Source: Candidatus Iainarchaeum sp.
Lineage (GTDB): Archaea; Iainarchaeota; Iainarchaeia; Iainarchaeales; CSSED10-239
Direction of reading: 5' to 3'
Assembly (NCBI GenBank): GCA_937968065.1
Contig: CALBUD010000010.1
Coordinates: 1 to 7,093 of the forward strand
Length of the DNA: 7,093 nt
Shown here: piece by piece, positions 7,037 through 7,093 of the stretch
Numbering within the stretch: the stretch's first letter is position 1
How the letters are laid out: every line of letters starts with the position of its first letter
Position numbers and translations under genes: made by a program
The notes under the pieces: model-generated
Seen by the model: the letters and a program-made list of their open reading frames with translations, nothing else
Database searches by the model: none
Told to the model about the DNA's origin: nothing

Positions 7037-7093
7037 CTATATTTTTTGTTCTTTTTTTAATATATTCTATTACTTTTAGTTTTGTATTCTCAT

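Noticed and set aside
7019-7050. TTGGCT/AGCCAA hairpin followed by a plus-strand T-run, read as a plus-strand terminator.
   Set aside because: The stem is only 6 bp and AT-poor in stability terms, and no plus-strand gene precedes it. It is treated instead as a candidate protein-binding palindrome.
7005-7093. Minus-strand frame open from the right window edge to TAG at 7005-7007 (…ENTKLKVIEYIKKRTKNIVGYIKPILSR*), possibly the C-terminus of an upstream gene.
   Set aside because: Only 28 codons are visible with no motif. An open frame of this length is expected by chance, and it would overlap the TTGGCT inverted repeat. It cannot be supported or excluded without sequence beyond 7093.
6927-7093. 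Possible tRNA in the only non-coding stretch, for example a suppressor tRNA-Gly(UCA).
   Set aside because: No T-loop-like GGTTCRANNCC, no acceptor-stem complementarity and no cloverleaf could be drawn. The region is better explained as a promoter plus repeats.

Overview
AT-rich window, roughly 30% G+C by eye, almost entirely coding on the minus strand. The fragmentary ORF track is an artefact of standard-code translation. Every break inside the long minus-strand frames is a TGA, and all eight genes that end in the window stop at TAA or TAG. Reading TGA as sense joins the fragments into nine tightly packed genes forming a tailed-phage packaging and head-morphogenesis module. In transcription order, right to left, these are: a consensus sigma70-type promoter, large terminase, portal, an AT-hook/HTH DNA-binding protein (small-terminase-like), a 93-aa ORF, scaffolding protein, a small decoration-like protein, major capsid protein, a rho-independent terminator, a helix-hairpin-helix protein and a partial fibre-like structural gene. 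The key observation is that the recoded TGA must encode glycine, not tryptophan. The terminase Walker A reads Q-TGA-TGA-N-TGA-A-TGA-K-T, which is GGNGAGKT. The HhH hairpin reads K-TGA-I-G (GIG), and an AT-hook reads R-TGA-R-P (RGRP). TGG is still used for Trp. This matches translation table 25, known from Absconditabacteria/SR1 and Gracilibacteria, so this is most likely a phage or prophage of a code-25 candidate-phyla-radiation host. Secondary observations are a strongly gene-dependent TGA-Gly usage (rare in the capsid gene), a phased A_AAA_AAA slippery site at an ORF overlap, no Shine-Dalgarno sequences, and repeated TTGGCT elements upstream of the promoter. All translations were done by hand and no database searches were possible.
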